Assembly (NCBI GenBank): GCA_964016885.1
Contig: OZ024740.1
Coordinates: forward strand, 147,250,001-147,314,000
Direction of reading: 5' to 3'
Length of the DNA: 64,000 nt
From: Eledone cirrhosa
Lineage: Eukaryota
Shown here one piece after another: positions 11,849 through 25,200 of the stretch (position 1 is the stretch's first letter; every line of letters starts with the position of its first letter). Below the pieces are notes generated by a model that was not told the origin of the DNA, made no database searches, and saw nothing but the letters and a program-made list of their open reading frames with translations. The position numbers and the translations under genes were made by a program.

Positions 11849-12787
11849 GTCAATACTTATGGTGGATGAGAAAGTGATTGTCAATAAGGGCTTGCCTACG
11901 TTGTTTTTTTGTTTTTTTTTCATTGAGTGAAAATGGAGGAGAGAGCCATATTGATTTATTTTTATTTTTATTCTTAATGTTAGTTTAAGAGAGTAAGGTA
12001 TATATTTTTAAGAAACTTAAGATAGCTTTATCTGAAGAACGGTTAGATATTCAAGAGAATCGCTCACCATTCTTATAATACTTATGTTCTTAATGAGGTT
12101 TTTAAAATCCGTAGGTTTTTAAAATCAGAAATAAATCTAATCCACCACATCCAGGCATAGCTGTTAGTAGCAGACCTGCCAACATCTAAAAAACCAAACG
12201 GGGAGTACCATGAAAAAAAGTGCCCCAAAACGGGGGGAAATGAGGCAAAAATGGGGAGATTTTACATAATGAAAGATATACTTATTTTCACAAGAGAAGA
12301 CATTTCTTCCCGCCCCAAAGTGGGTGGGAGATCTCCCCGTCCGATGGGAAGAGGTGACAGGTCCGTAGTAGGACCAAGCCCAATGTATAATGTAGGCTCC
12401 ATTTCAAAATGCTCATTAAATATTTTAGTAATCAATGCCAAATATATATGATTTTTGTATGAGTTGTGTATGGTTTTATACATGCTCACATGAGGTGTTA
12501 CGAATAATAGATCAAAATAAAAGAACTAGAATTTATTTAAAGAAAAAAAAAAGGAATGTTGAACAAATTTGTACAAAATGTATATAAGACAGTAGAGTAA
12601 ATCCGTAGGTTTTTAAAATCAGTGTCACGTGATTGATTCTTTAGAATTTGCCACTGACCAAGTAGGCAGTGAATTTTTTCAGTGCCCTGGAATCTAGTCC
12701 CCGCTTGCTTTTTTCCATCCACTGAATTATTATTTTTATATGGGTTCCTAGTGTCCGCGCATTGCCTGGGAACTTAGCTGAGAATAG

Positions 12788-12869
12788 ACTCCCTGATGAC
12801 GTAAGGATTTCTCTATAGTTGCGTTGCGTAACTATATTTATTCCCTTACAGAAACTAATTAGTTGGAGT
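12788..12869 (+). ncRNA. Type I hammerhead ribozyme with extended stem II
   Basis: ACTCC-CTGATGA(12793-12799)-CGTAAGG...TATAGTTGCG TTG CGTAACTATA...CCTTACA-GAA-ACTAATTAGT-T-GGAGT. Stem I has 5 bp, stem III is palindromic, and there is a C-A mismatch at 10.1-11.1. Confidence 0.8.
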
Positions 12870-13529
12870 GAAAATTTTAGTAAGTAAGTTAATTTTAAAA
12901 TTTTCTTATTTTAGATCTTTCATATATATATATATATGTATATTATTATTGTTGTTGTTATCGTTATTATTATTGATGTTATTATTTTTTTGTTACATCC
13001 TCTGTTCTTTTTACACACAGAAATGCCAATTTGTACCGTCCTGTATTGTCCTGTACTGTCCTTAATGTCTACTTTATGTAAACCCTTGTGGTTAATAAAG
13101 AAAGCATTATTGATGTTATTATTATTATTATTATTGTTATTATTATGTTTTTTTCTCGTGCAATGGCCATACTCGTGCAATGGCCATACTCGATAACGAG
13201 GGGGCAGCCATCATCATGTATGTATGTATGTATGTATGTATGTATGTATGTATGTATGTATGTATATATGTATGTATATATATATATAGAATATATATAG
13301 AATAGAAAACGAAAAATCAGTGATGCATCTGAACTCAATTTATTGTGTGTTACAATTGTTTCGCCGGCGGACAGCTCGAGACGCGATCGTTGTCTGATAC
13401 TGGACCCGCAGGTTCGACGGACACGTCTAAAGATTTCGAAGCATATTCTCTCACTGGGGTATCTGATATATATGAATTAGCTCAGCCGTCGAGGTCCTGA
13501 CTCATTCATATAACCATACTCTATTACCC

Positions 13530-15330
13530 CAAGATTAGTTCGAGGGAGATGGAGAGGTGGAACGATTGATCGGAGAGGGTATTTTAATTCCCTGGAAGGA
13601 GGAGATAAAGAACGGCGTGTTGCTACTAACGATAGTAGTGCAGCCGACGAAAAAAAAGGTGAGGCCGGTACTGGACTTTCGAGAGTTGAACAACTACGTA
13701 TCTGGCCACGCGGACGGTGAGTTTACACATGTCTGCGGGGAAACATTGCGAGAGTGAAGAAAGATGACGCGGGTTTCCACAATCGTCGGCTTGAAGTCGA
13801 CGTATCTGCAGCTACACGTGGCCGAGAAACTATGGAAGTACCAGCTGGAAAGATATAAGGGTCAGACGTACGGTTTGACCAGGCTGAGGTTTGGTTGAAT
13901 TCAGCACCAAAGATCATGACGACGGTTCTCATAACCATCCTTGGAAAGGTGGACAAGGTGAAAAGGGCCACCAACACTTGCATTGACGACACGTTAATGG
14001 ATGTTACTGTGGCGTCGGCAACAGAGGTCATAGACCACCTAAAGAGTGTTGGATTAACCATGAAACCACCGGAGGTGATGAAAAGAGGAGCTGCATTGGT
14101 ACTCAAGCTGTGAAAAGACATCGCGAGCGTATTGCATTTCGGAGGGGAAATGACATCCTGTAACTGCGTACCGGCATGAACAGACGAGAATTTTTCTCGA
14201 TGTGTGGGAAACTGCCGGGCCATTATCCAATTGTGAGGTGGCTCCAAACAGCAGGTAACCACGTCAAGAGACGGGCTGATGCAGTGAGCTGGAGAAATAG
14301 AGGGGTAAAGATGACGTTGGCCACGATGCCGGAGATCCTGGAGAGGGTAAAAGCGGAAGACCCAGTAAGAGGAAGCTGACATGTGCCCAAATTGGAAAAC
14401 GGGATCGTATGGTGCGATGCTAGCATCATAGCGATAAGGGCTGTTCTAGAAATAGGGGGTATCGAAGTGGAGGACGCAATCTGGCTCAGGGAAAAAAGTA
14501 TGACTGCAACCACATTAACGCGGCTGAACTGGACGCCGTGTGAGTGGACCTTGCCCTGAGATGGGGGCTGCATACGATCGAAATCTGAACCGATTCGGCT
14601 ACTGTATTCTGATGGATAAGATAAGTAAGTACCGATAAAAAGAGGGTACGAACGAAAGGGGCGACAGAGATGTTAATAAAAGGCCATCTGAAAATTCTGA
14701 TAGAGCTAGCCGCTGTATTCAGCTTGAAGCTGAGTGTTGTCTTTGTGCCCTCGGAAAAAATAAAGTGGACGTTCTAACCAGAGTGAAGAAAGCCTGGCTG
14801 GAATTTCCAAAGGATTCTGAGCAGGGATAGCTGCAATGTGTTGGCTGAAGTACTTGGAGCTAAAGCATAGCATAGGAGTGGATAGGACTCTGTTCCTAGC
14901 CAGGGAAGTTGACCCTAATGTAACCAGACAGGACATGCAGAAAGTAAATCGACTCCGCTCCGGGTGTACACGGAACGGGAAACATCTCAATGGAAAACAA
15001 CTCGAAACGACTGACAGTGAGTGTGACGCACTATCGACAGGGGACGTATCTCTCGATAATCGACTGCAGACCGTGCAGATGGCAATATGGAAAGAAATAA
15101 AGACGGATGAATTTACACGAATGCTAAACGAAATATTCCTGGATGGAAGACCCGTGGATGAGCTTCTGGTAGAGAATGGCAGCAATGGATATTGCGGCAC
15201 CATATCTTGGATGTCTGAAGGATTGTCGATTTATTGGACGACAACAAAGAAAGAGAGGGTGTGAGTTCAGTGGAGATCACAGCGGGCACCCGGATGGTTG
15301 ACGGTCTTTCATATGGAGGGAGATCATATG
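13530..15330 (+). mobile_element. Decayed Ty3/Gypsy-like pol (RT, RNase H, partial integrase)
   Basis: Broken frames give RPVLDFRELN, xLKSTYLQL, RLxFGLNSAPKIM, CIDD (YIDD equivalent), WCDAS and HINAAELDAV. There are many stops and frameshifts, and no LTR pair was seen. Confidence 0.75.
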
Positions 15331-15440
15331 GGGTGATCTTTGAGATCAAGGAGGCGTGTGGAGCTGGGGGTATAATGGCCAGGGAATATATATATATATA
15401 TATATATATATATCGTTTCTGAATTTGTTTTGCAAGATTC

Positions 15441-15486
15441 TTTATCTGAAGAGGTCACAGAATGTGTGACGAAAGAACTTTGACAA
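15441..15486 (+). ncRNA. Degenerate hammerhead-like motif (same family as 4151-4191)
   Basis: CTGAAGA-G-GTCAC AGAATGT GTGAC-GAAA-GAAC-TT-TGAC; stem I is decayed. Confidence 0.45.
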
Positions 15487-15636
15487 TATATGAACAAACG
15501 TCCGGTTGTGGAACCAACCAACCAACCAACCGGAAATTTATAAATTCTTAAATTTATAAATTAAATTTATAATAAATTGGAGTGAAATCAACTGGTGCGT
15601 GTGTTTCTTATTGGCAACATGACCCTCCCAAAGTAT

Positions 15637-16930
<1,294 letters not shown>

Positions 16931-17456
16931 TAATACTCTGCTCCGTAGGAACATAGAGTGCTCAACCGGCATACCGCCCATGGAAGCATCTTAGCTACCA
17001 TTAGACATATATATATATTTAATTGATTGACGAATGTTTCTATAAACACAACAGGAATATTCATTCCAGCTATATTGGTCTCTTCAGAATTTATTAAATA
17101 GCATTACTATTTACCAACACATGTCTATGGTTTACATTTTCGGGCTTCTGTGATTGTCAATCAATTAAATGATTTAATTTAATTTAAATCCTGTTTATTT
17201 TTATTTATTTATATATAAACTACTGTGATCCTAAATTTACCGATTGGATTAAATTCTAAACCGAAAATTACCTATCTTGCTGTAGACTATAAAATCCCAT
17301 TGAGATTTGAAATATTCTTTTCCTTTGTATGGTTGTATTGTCAACTTATCTAAACTCATATATATATATATAAGTTTATCCTGGGTTCAATCGGGGGTAA
17401 CCACAGTAAGTAAGCTACTCAATACATAACAGAGTATAAATATTTAATATAGAAAT

Positions 17457-17507
17457 GGCTTCTACAGGACTAGAACTGTTTCATTCGGGAGAAATCACCA
17501 GGAAGCC
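17457..17507 (-). ncRNA. Hammerhead ribozyme relic with a single core substitution
   Basis: Minus strand GGCTTC-CTGGTGA-TTTC TCCC GAAT-GAA-ACAG TTCTAGTC CTGT-A-GAAGCC. Stem I has 6 bp, and A6 is changed to G. Confidence 0.65.
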
Positions 17508-18195
17508 CTGATTATTGTGTGTGTGTGTATGTGTGTACACTCGAGTTTTAGATTCGGTAGGTGTCAACATAGTGAACATTTCATGGAATTTTTACGTCAA
17601 AACTTTAGAATTCTTTTTCAAAAAGTTACATTTAAAGGGAATTAACTCCTAATTACAAATCATTTTTCAAAGCCGGATATTTCTTATGAAGATGATTATA
17701 TTAGTTTTTCATAAATGTTCTGGATATGAATAAAAGATCCTAAAAAGATTTTAAAGACAATTTTTAATTAAAATATGAATTTTAATATGAAAACCATATT
17801 TTTAGTTATTAGCTCCTGATCAATTGGATATGGTATTCAAATTCACTACAGGTACTTCATTATGTATTTAGACAATACATCTAATTCTATAACCCTAACA
17901 TGACATAGGAGTCATAAATAGTTCTCAGATTTTTAGTGAGACTGTCTCTTATGATGAGAAAGGTTTATTTAATTATGAGAATCAGAATTTAAGCATTAGC
18001 TATTGAAGCTATTTTTAGATTAAATGTCCAAAATTTAAGGCCAGTTGATAAATGATTGAGCTGACAAGGAAGTTAAAAATAAAGGAAAGAAAGTCTATAT
18101 ATATCTTGTAATTTATCTAGGCCACTCCATATCTGTCAAAACTGATAATTTGATGTGCCAATGTTTTAAATTTTGATAACCAAGTATATGGCAGG

Positions 18196-19461
18196 TCATG
18201 GGTGGATGTTGTTTACCTTGACTTTGCGAAGGCTTTCAATTCTGTGCCACACAAAAGGCTTATGGCAAAACTCTCTGCAATGGGTGTGAAGGTTGATCTT
18301 TTTAACTGGTTGAAGTCCTTCATTCTCAGTCGAAGAGAGGTAGTCACGGTTCTAGGACAGCATTCCTCACCATATGAAATGTCATCTGGTGTACCACAGG
18401 GATCTGTTCTTGGCCCCCTTTTGTTTGTGGCATATATTAATGATATAGATGCCAACTTAAAGAATGCCACAGTACTGAAGTACGCAGATGACATCAAGCT
18501 GTACCTTGAGCTAAAAAGGACAGATCCTGAACACTATAGATCTTGCTTGCAGTCTGACCTGGACATAATGTAACAATGGATCTCAGACTGGCAACTCAAG
18601 CTATCTGTGGACAAGTGCACCACTGGAGTAAAAACCCAGCGTCCACATACTCCCGCCACAGCACTAATATCAAGGAGTCTTCTTGTGAACGTGACCTGAG
18701 CATTACGGTCAGCAGCGATTTGCGTTGGATGAAGCACGTCTCTAAAATTGTCAAGAGGGCCGAGGGTGTCTTAGCAGCACTCAGCAAAACCTTTGTCAGC
18801 CGCTCTCCAGCTATCTATTTAAAGCTGTATATAGCTATGGTGCGGCCACACTTAGAATTTGCATCACCAGTCTGGAGCCCCTATCTTGCTCAGAACATTG
18901 ACTGCCTGGAAACTGTTCAGTGACGTGCAACCAAGCAAATACCCTCCATCAGGCATCTACCATACTCTGAACGCCTTGCTTCCCTGGGCATGGATACATT
19001 GAAGCTCCGACGCCTGGCAACTGACTTGGTAAACACCCACAAAATTATTAACCATCTTGCCAACAACAACCCTGAGTACCTTTTTGATTTCCATGTGTCT
19101 AACACACGTGGGCATGCCCACAAAGTCAGAAAACAGCACAGTTCCCATGACTTTCTGAAACATTTTTTCACGCTCAGAGTTGCTTAAGCATGGAACATAC
19201 TGCCTGCATCAGTCGTTAGCTGTTGAGACACTGCATCCTTTAAAACCTCCATGCTTCCCGAGATTTGCCAACACTACACCTAATGTTCCCCCTCCATACA
19301 CACATGTATATCATGACTCATACACATACACACATGTATATCATGACTCATACACTATTCACTTCCCTGACATTTGTATATTATTCTATGTACTATACAT
19401 GCACCTTTGATGAGTTGTAGTGCACCTGAGCACTGTACACAATAATTTCATTATTATTATT
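18196..19461 (+). mobile_element. CR1-clade LINE, 5'-truncated (RT domain to 3' tail)
   Basis: DVVYLDFAKAFNSVPH, SGVPQGSVLGPLLF, YADD and VRPHLEFASPVW motifs; (ATT)n tail. Confidence 0.92.
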
Positions 19462-19521
19462 TCAGGAAAATGTCTATTTTCATGATTGCAAAAACATTTA
19501 AAATTTCATATTTTTCCATTA

Positions 19522-20455
19522 CCTAACACTTTTGATACAAAACTACCTGAAACTAGTTCTATGGATCAAAACTGTTTATTTTAAAGTGTTTACATTTATC
19601 TAAAATCCTTTTTCTTCTTCTTCGCCCACTTGTTCTTGAGAGGGTCATGTGGGCTGAATCCTTAAACACACCTTCCAGCGGGTCTTGTCAGAAGCAACCA
19701 TCTCCAACTGATCCAGCTAGGTCCCCAAACGTGACCAGCTGAGCTCATGTCTGTTATCCAACCATCTTGCTTGGGGTCTACACCTGGGCCTCCTGCCGGT
19801 TGGCTTTGTCCATAAAATTTGACCAGCAATTCTTTCTTGAGTCATTCTAATTATATGCCCATAGTATCGGAGCTGTGATCTCTCAATTCAGAGAAGTAGC
19901 AGCTCTACCTGGAGTGACTCTCTGATGTCTAAGCTACACACTCTATTGAGTAATGTTACTCTGAAGACCCTTGGGAGGAATTCCATTTCAGCCACTTGTA
20001 TTTGCAATCGTATTCTTTTGGTCATTACACAAGATTCAAGTCCATAGGTAAGGGTTGGCACGAATACCGAATTGTGATAGCGAATTTGGCTTTTACACCT
20101 AGCTCCCTTCTTCTGATTACCAAATACTGAAGCTGGTGCATTACTGCACCACCTTCTGCAATTCTTGCACTTAATTTAGCTTCCTGCCTTCCATCACTCA
20201 TGAATACGGTGCCGGATACTTGAACTTCTCCACCTTCTTCAGTGGAACTCCATTTACATGTAGAGTGCACCATGCAGGCTTCCTTGAGAGGACGAGTGAC
20301 TCGGTTTCCATCATAATTTTATGTAAGAGCACCAGCTTAATCATGAGAATGTTAATTATATTATTAAATCTCTCTAAATTCTTGTTTAATTTCAAAACTG
20401 ATTTGGAATATATATGCAGTGTCTTTCATTAGAAATATAGTAATGAAAGGGTTAA
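19522..20455. mobile_element. piggyBac-like MITE split by a minus-strand RTE-type LINE fragment (19611-20305)
   Basis: The right end is GAAAGGG-TTAA and the flanks match the unbroken copy at 54165-54402. The insert encodes KVEKFKY..., RSQLRYYGH... and ends in a (GAA)n tail on the minus strand. Confidence 0.6.
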
Positions 20456-21449
20456 AGATGTCAGAATAAATTATTCTAGATATACCACATTTCTAATTAC
20501 ATTAATATATGAACACTTTTATTTTACCTGAATTTTTAAATTTTCATGATTGCAAAAGTGAGAGCTGGAATAAATTTTTCTAATCATTCCACCAATCTTA
20601 GAACTAATAATTTTCATGTTCACTGAAAAGTTAACAGCTCCCATTCTGATGACTTCAACCTAATCAGGAAATTGTAAATTTTTTGCTAGGATGAAAGAAT
20701 GAATTTTTCTTACCTATAAGAAATAATAATTTCCACATGCTTTTCCATTTTCAAAATTTTTTATTTGTACATGCTAGAAGATTTGTTGTAAAAAGGTTTC
20801 TATTTTTATGACCTCTGTTATATCAGAATAGATTTTCTCAAGTTATTTAAGCCACGGTTTTCTATTTTGATTCAGCTTATTGTGAGATTTCAGGGCAGGT
20901 AAATCATATGGATGATAATTGTTGGGAGAACAAGGTGGAAGAAAGCTGCAGCAAAGGAAGGCCAAAGAAAATCTGGGCAGAAGTGATGAAAGCAGATCTC
21001 AAAATGCTGAACCTGACTGAGGAAATGATAAAGGAATGTAGTAGGTGTAGGGAACATGAAAAGACTCATCCAAGCATCGAAATGTGAATGTAAAGGGATG
21101 GTGATGATGATGTATATGTGTTGAATTTATTGAAAAGCTACAGAATAGTGAAACATGTTGAAGTGTAGTCTACAGTCAAAATGATGTAAAGAAAAAGATC
21201 TAAGTACTGTTGGTTCTTTTTAATTGTTTAATCAGGATGGATAAGATAACAGCTGTAAGCCTTTATTTTTCCAAAGCCTCCGACTATGGTACACCATAAA
21301 GAAATGTCTTCAACATCAAAATGACAGTCATCTTACCGAGTCTCAATCACATACAAGCATGCAATCACATACCTTTTGCATGCTTGAGTGCAATGATAAT
21401 ATCACAGACTGGGTAGATAATACAGGAATAGTTTTATTTGTTCGAAATA

Positions 21450-21882
21450 GATTCCAGGAGGCTGAATTAAGTGCAAGAATTGCAGGAGCTGGTGCAGCAA
21501 TGTGACAGCTTCAGCATTCGATAATCAGAAGGGAGGTAGGTGTAAATGCCAAACTCGCTATCTTCAATTTAGTATTCATACCAACCCTTTCTTATGGTCA
21601 TGAATTTTGGGTAATGACTGAAAGAATATAATCACAAATACAAGTGGGCAAAGAGTGTGTAGCTTGGAGATCAGAGAGTCGCTCCAGGTAGAGCCACATC
21701 TTCTCTGAATTGAGAGATCACAGCTCTGATACTATGGATATGTGGTTAGAATGTCTCAGAAAAGAATCACTGGACAGATTTTGGGGTCAAAACCAACTGG
21801 CAGGAGACCCAGGGGTAGACCCTGAGCATGATAGTTGGATAACATCTATGAGCTCAGATGATCTCGGTGTGAAGAAGAAGAA
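21450..21882 (+). mobile_element. RTE-type LINE 3' fragment ((GAA)n-tailed family, as at 19611 and 42780)
   Basis: Reverse-complement similarity to 19611-20200; ends in GAAGAAGAAG. Confidence 0.7.
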
Positions 21883-23099
21883 ATAGATTTCAAGAATATT
21901 GTCAAAAGCTAACTAGTAAAGTAATACAATCATGTAGGAATGTTTTGATCACCCAGTTTAACAACACCAACTGGCCTTAGGCTGCCCTTAACAGAGTCTG
22001 CTCTGCTGCAAACATTTGGACCAATTCTCACTGAAAAGGGTTGTGGTCACTGTTCCTCCTTCTAAGCAATAAAATACACCACCACCACCTCCTATTTTGA
22101 CTATCTTTCATGCTTCATGAGTTAGACAGGTTGTCATGCTCTGTGGCTAGACAGGCAGGTCAGACGACTGTATCTTGCTCTCATGTTCTATTTTGGAATG
22201 ATTTCTATGGATGGATACCCTTCCTAACACCTATTACTTCATGGTATGTATGAGTTTGTTTTCTCATGACAAGATGGACTGGGTATTTTTCTGTGACATT
22301 AGCACTACCAACTTAAAGTGTGGGTTAGGTACATTTTATCATGGCACCAGAACTATCACTTTACAGAGTGGGTTTGGTGCATTTTATCATTATACCAGCA
22401 TTCCCACAATCCAGTGTGGGCAATGCAGTAAGTGCGTTTTATTGTTACCAGTACTACCACATTTCAACACTAGCAAGCTTGCATCCTTGGCTAGGCTGGG
22501 AATGCAGTGAATGTGAGAGTGGTGGATGATAGGAGGGTTTGAGCTGCATGTTACTAGAGGGAGGGGTCGGGTGGCTTTAGGGTTAGTGACATCTGGTGGT
22601 ATTGTAAGTAGCAGTGTGTGAGCCCAGCTTTTCCTTATGACATTGAGATAGATTTGGCAGTGCGAGTTGTGGGGGAAAGTGTTGGGTTTCAAGGTTGCTT
22701 TAAGGAGAGAAAGAGTGAGAAAGCAGCATCTGACAGTATAGTGAAGGTGCATCCACCTTTGTGTGAGAGTCTGGCATGAGTGAAGGGGAGTGACTATGTG
22801 GGTTGAGGAAGGACTATGGTGGGGAAGCAGGGATGAAGTGTGTAAGGGTGAAGTGAATAGATATTGAGAAGGTGATGGAAAGCACTGCTTAAGTGATGTT
22901 ACATCTTTCTGCCTTTTACAGTCATACTCTTCATGCTCATGGAGTCAAGGATGTGAAAGGAGTGGAGGAAACTAGGCGGCAGGGAGACTAGGTGGAAGGA
23001 AGACTAGGTAAGGGGGACAGTGAGGAAGAGATGATAGATGGTGTAACCTAAGTTTTGTTATATCTTTTTACAGCCATCATCCCATTCCTCGTGTCATTA

Positions 23100-25200
23100 C
23101 ACTTGTGTATGGATGTGAATCTTCTGTAGTATGGCATGTCACCAACTGTTTCTATCCTATGTCATCTTTGCTGTGAGGTCCAAATTTTTATGGTCAGCTT
23201 TTACCACTTTGTTCCATGGTCTTCCTCTTCCACAGCTTCCTTCAATTTTAAGTGCCTGCACTTTTTATGCAGGTTTCATCCTTCAAATGCATCACATGGC
23301 CATAACAACACAGTCTTCTCTCTTGTAGGCTACATCAGATCTTTCTTATGTCTAGTTTTTTTTCTCAGCCTATTAATGTTTTGTTGTTCTTCCACTTTAC
23401 TAATACATATCTATCAGAGCATGTTCACCTCATTTCCAATCCTTGCAAATCATCTGCTTGTCCAAGTCTTGTTTCCATGCATCATACAATCTGCCTTTTA
23501 CTCTTTGTAGCCAATAGAGGTAATAGCTCCTTGAACTTTTTCCAACTTGGTCCCACTCTGATTACTGTACTTTCTGTACACCCACCTCTGCAGAAACTAT
23601 TACCTATTTTTAGAGTGACATCTAAGCATTTAATAGAGCCTGTTTTATGTGTGGTTTTATTGCCTACTGCTCCTGTGCATCTACTACATTTGAAGTCTAC
23701 ATTCTTCACTAGTCTGCCTAAGATCCCACTACATTTCTTGTTTACCCATACTTTACATTTAGTATACAGTACGGAATTCATATCACTTCCATTTACCTGA
23801 TGGGATCAGTGCTTTGTCTTCTTTCTTACTTACTAGGACTTTATCTTAGCTAAATTCACTCAGAGAACTTTTGATTCCAGGTTTTGCTTCCATGACTGGA
23901 ATTTCTTCTGAAACTGTTTGGGATTCAGCTATGAGAACTAGGTCTTCTGCAAATAGGAGTTCCCACGGGCAACCAGTCTTAAACTCCTCTGTTATAGACC
24001 CCCATATGCATGCTAAATTCATTGCTGTACTCATTAACTCTAATTTTACTGACTGCATCTTTGTACATGGCTGTTATGAGTCATTCTTCAACCCTTAATT
24101 CTTGAAGACCCCACCAGATTACTGAGTGTGTTACACTATAAAAAGTTTTCTTTGGGTTAAAAGATGCTAAGTAGAGTAACTTGCCCTTAGCTAAGTACTT
24201 CTGCAGCTCTCATGAGGTAGATGGCACCAGTAGAAGCTCTTCCAGGGACAAAGCCAAACTGCATCTCATCCATGTTAATTCTATTTCTATCAGTTATGTT
24301 ATAACTCTTTCAATGACTTCTTGACATGGTCCAACTTAATGCCTCTATAGTTTTCTTTGTCCAGTGCATCTAATTTGTTGTAATAGCAGTTGTAAATGAT
24401 GTTGCTATTCCAGTCATTAGGTATGACTCCATCCTGTAATACCTAATTTAAAATTTGTGTAGCATATGTGGCATCCCATCCTCAATACTTTCAGCATCTC
24501 AGTAACTATCTCTGATGGTCCAGCTGTTTTCAAATTCTTGATTGCTTTACCTACTATACTGCCACAAGTCTGGATGGCCAGTTCCTCAGTTGGAGCTAAT
24601 TGGGGTAGCCCAGTTTCCTCCCCTTGCTTTTTCTTCATTCAGCAGTCTCTCATAATGGTACTTCTAAGCTTCTTTCTTTTCAGTATCGGTGAGGGCATGT
24701 TTACCACTGTCATTCTGAATGTACTTCCCCTCAACAATATCTTGATTTTCCCTAGCACACTACCTTGCAATTTGGAACACCCCATACCTTAAGACAAGAG
24801 CAAACTTCAAGTGCTTCACCTCTCACAAGGTGCACCTAGTGCCTAGCTTTCCTCCTTGTTTCTTAATAATATAGCTCCCTCCTACTTCTGCAATTTTTCC
24901 AGGACTGTTTAACTTTAGTTGCAGTATTTAGCTTACTAATCCACCACCATGTTACTCTTCATTTTCCTGGAGTCTTACACTAGCCAGAGGCCCAATCTGT
25001 AGCTGTCAGCAAAGTGTTTCACAGGAACCCCCACTTTTCCTCTATAGTGTAGGTTTCTATCACCGTTTCTTTGCTGTGATAGGTATCAAACAGGTCTTCC
25101 CTGAATTTTTCCCTAGCTGGGAGGTCTTTCATCTCTCATGCCTTTCTCCTCTGGATTTCCTTTTTTTCTATGATTCTAAATTTAAGGTTGCTAACTACTA
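23100..25200 (-). mobile_element. Decayed RTE-BovB-like LINE
   Basis: TEEFKTGCPWELLFAEDLVLIAES, NSVLYTKCKVWVNKKCSG and TAGPSEIVTEMLK motifs, with many stops. Confidence 0.85.

Larger units (their letters stand above)
9585..12602. repeat. Long inverted repeat: arms of about 475 bp at 9585-10059 and 12127-12602
   Basis: The arms are near-identical reverse complements, and ORFs 9698..9898(+) and 12262..12489(-) translate almost identically. Confidence 0.9.
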
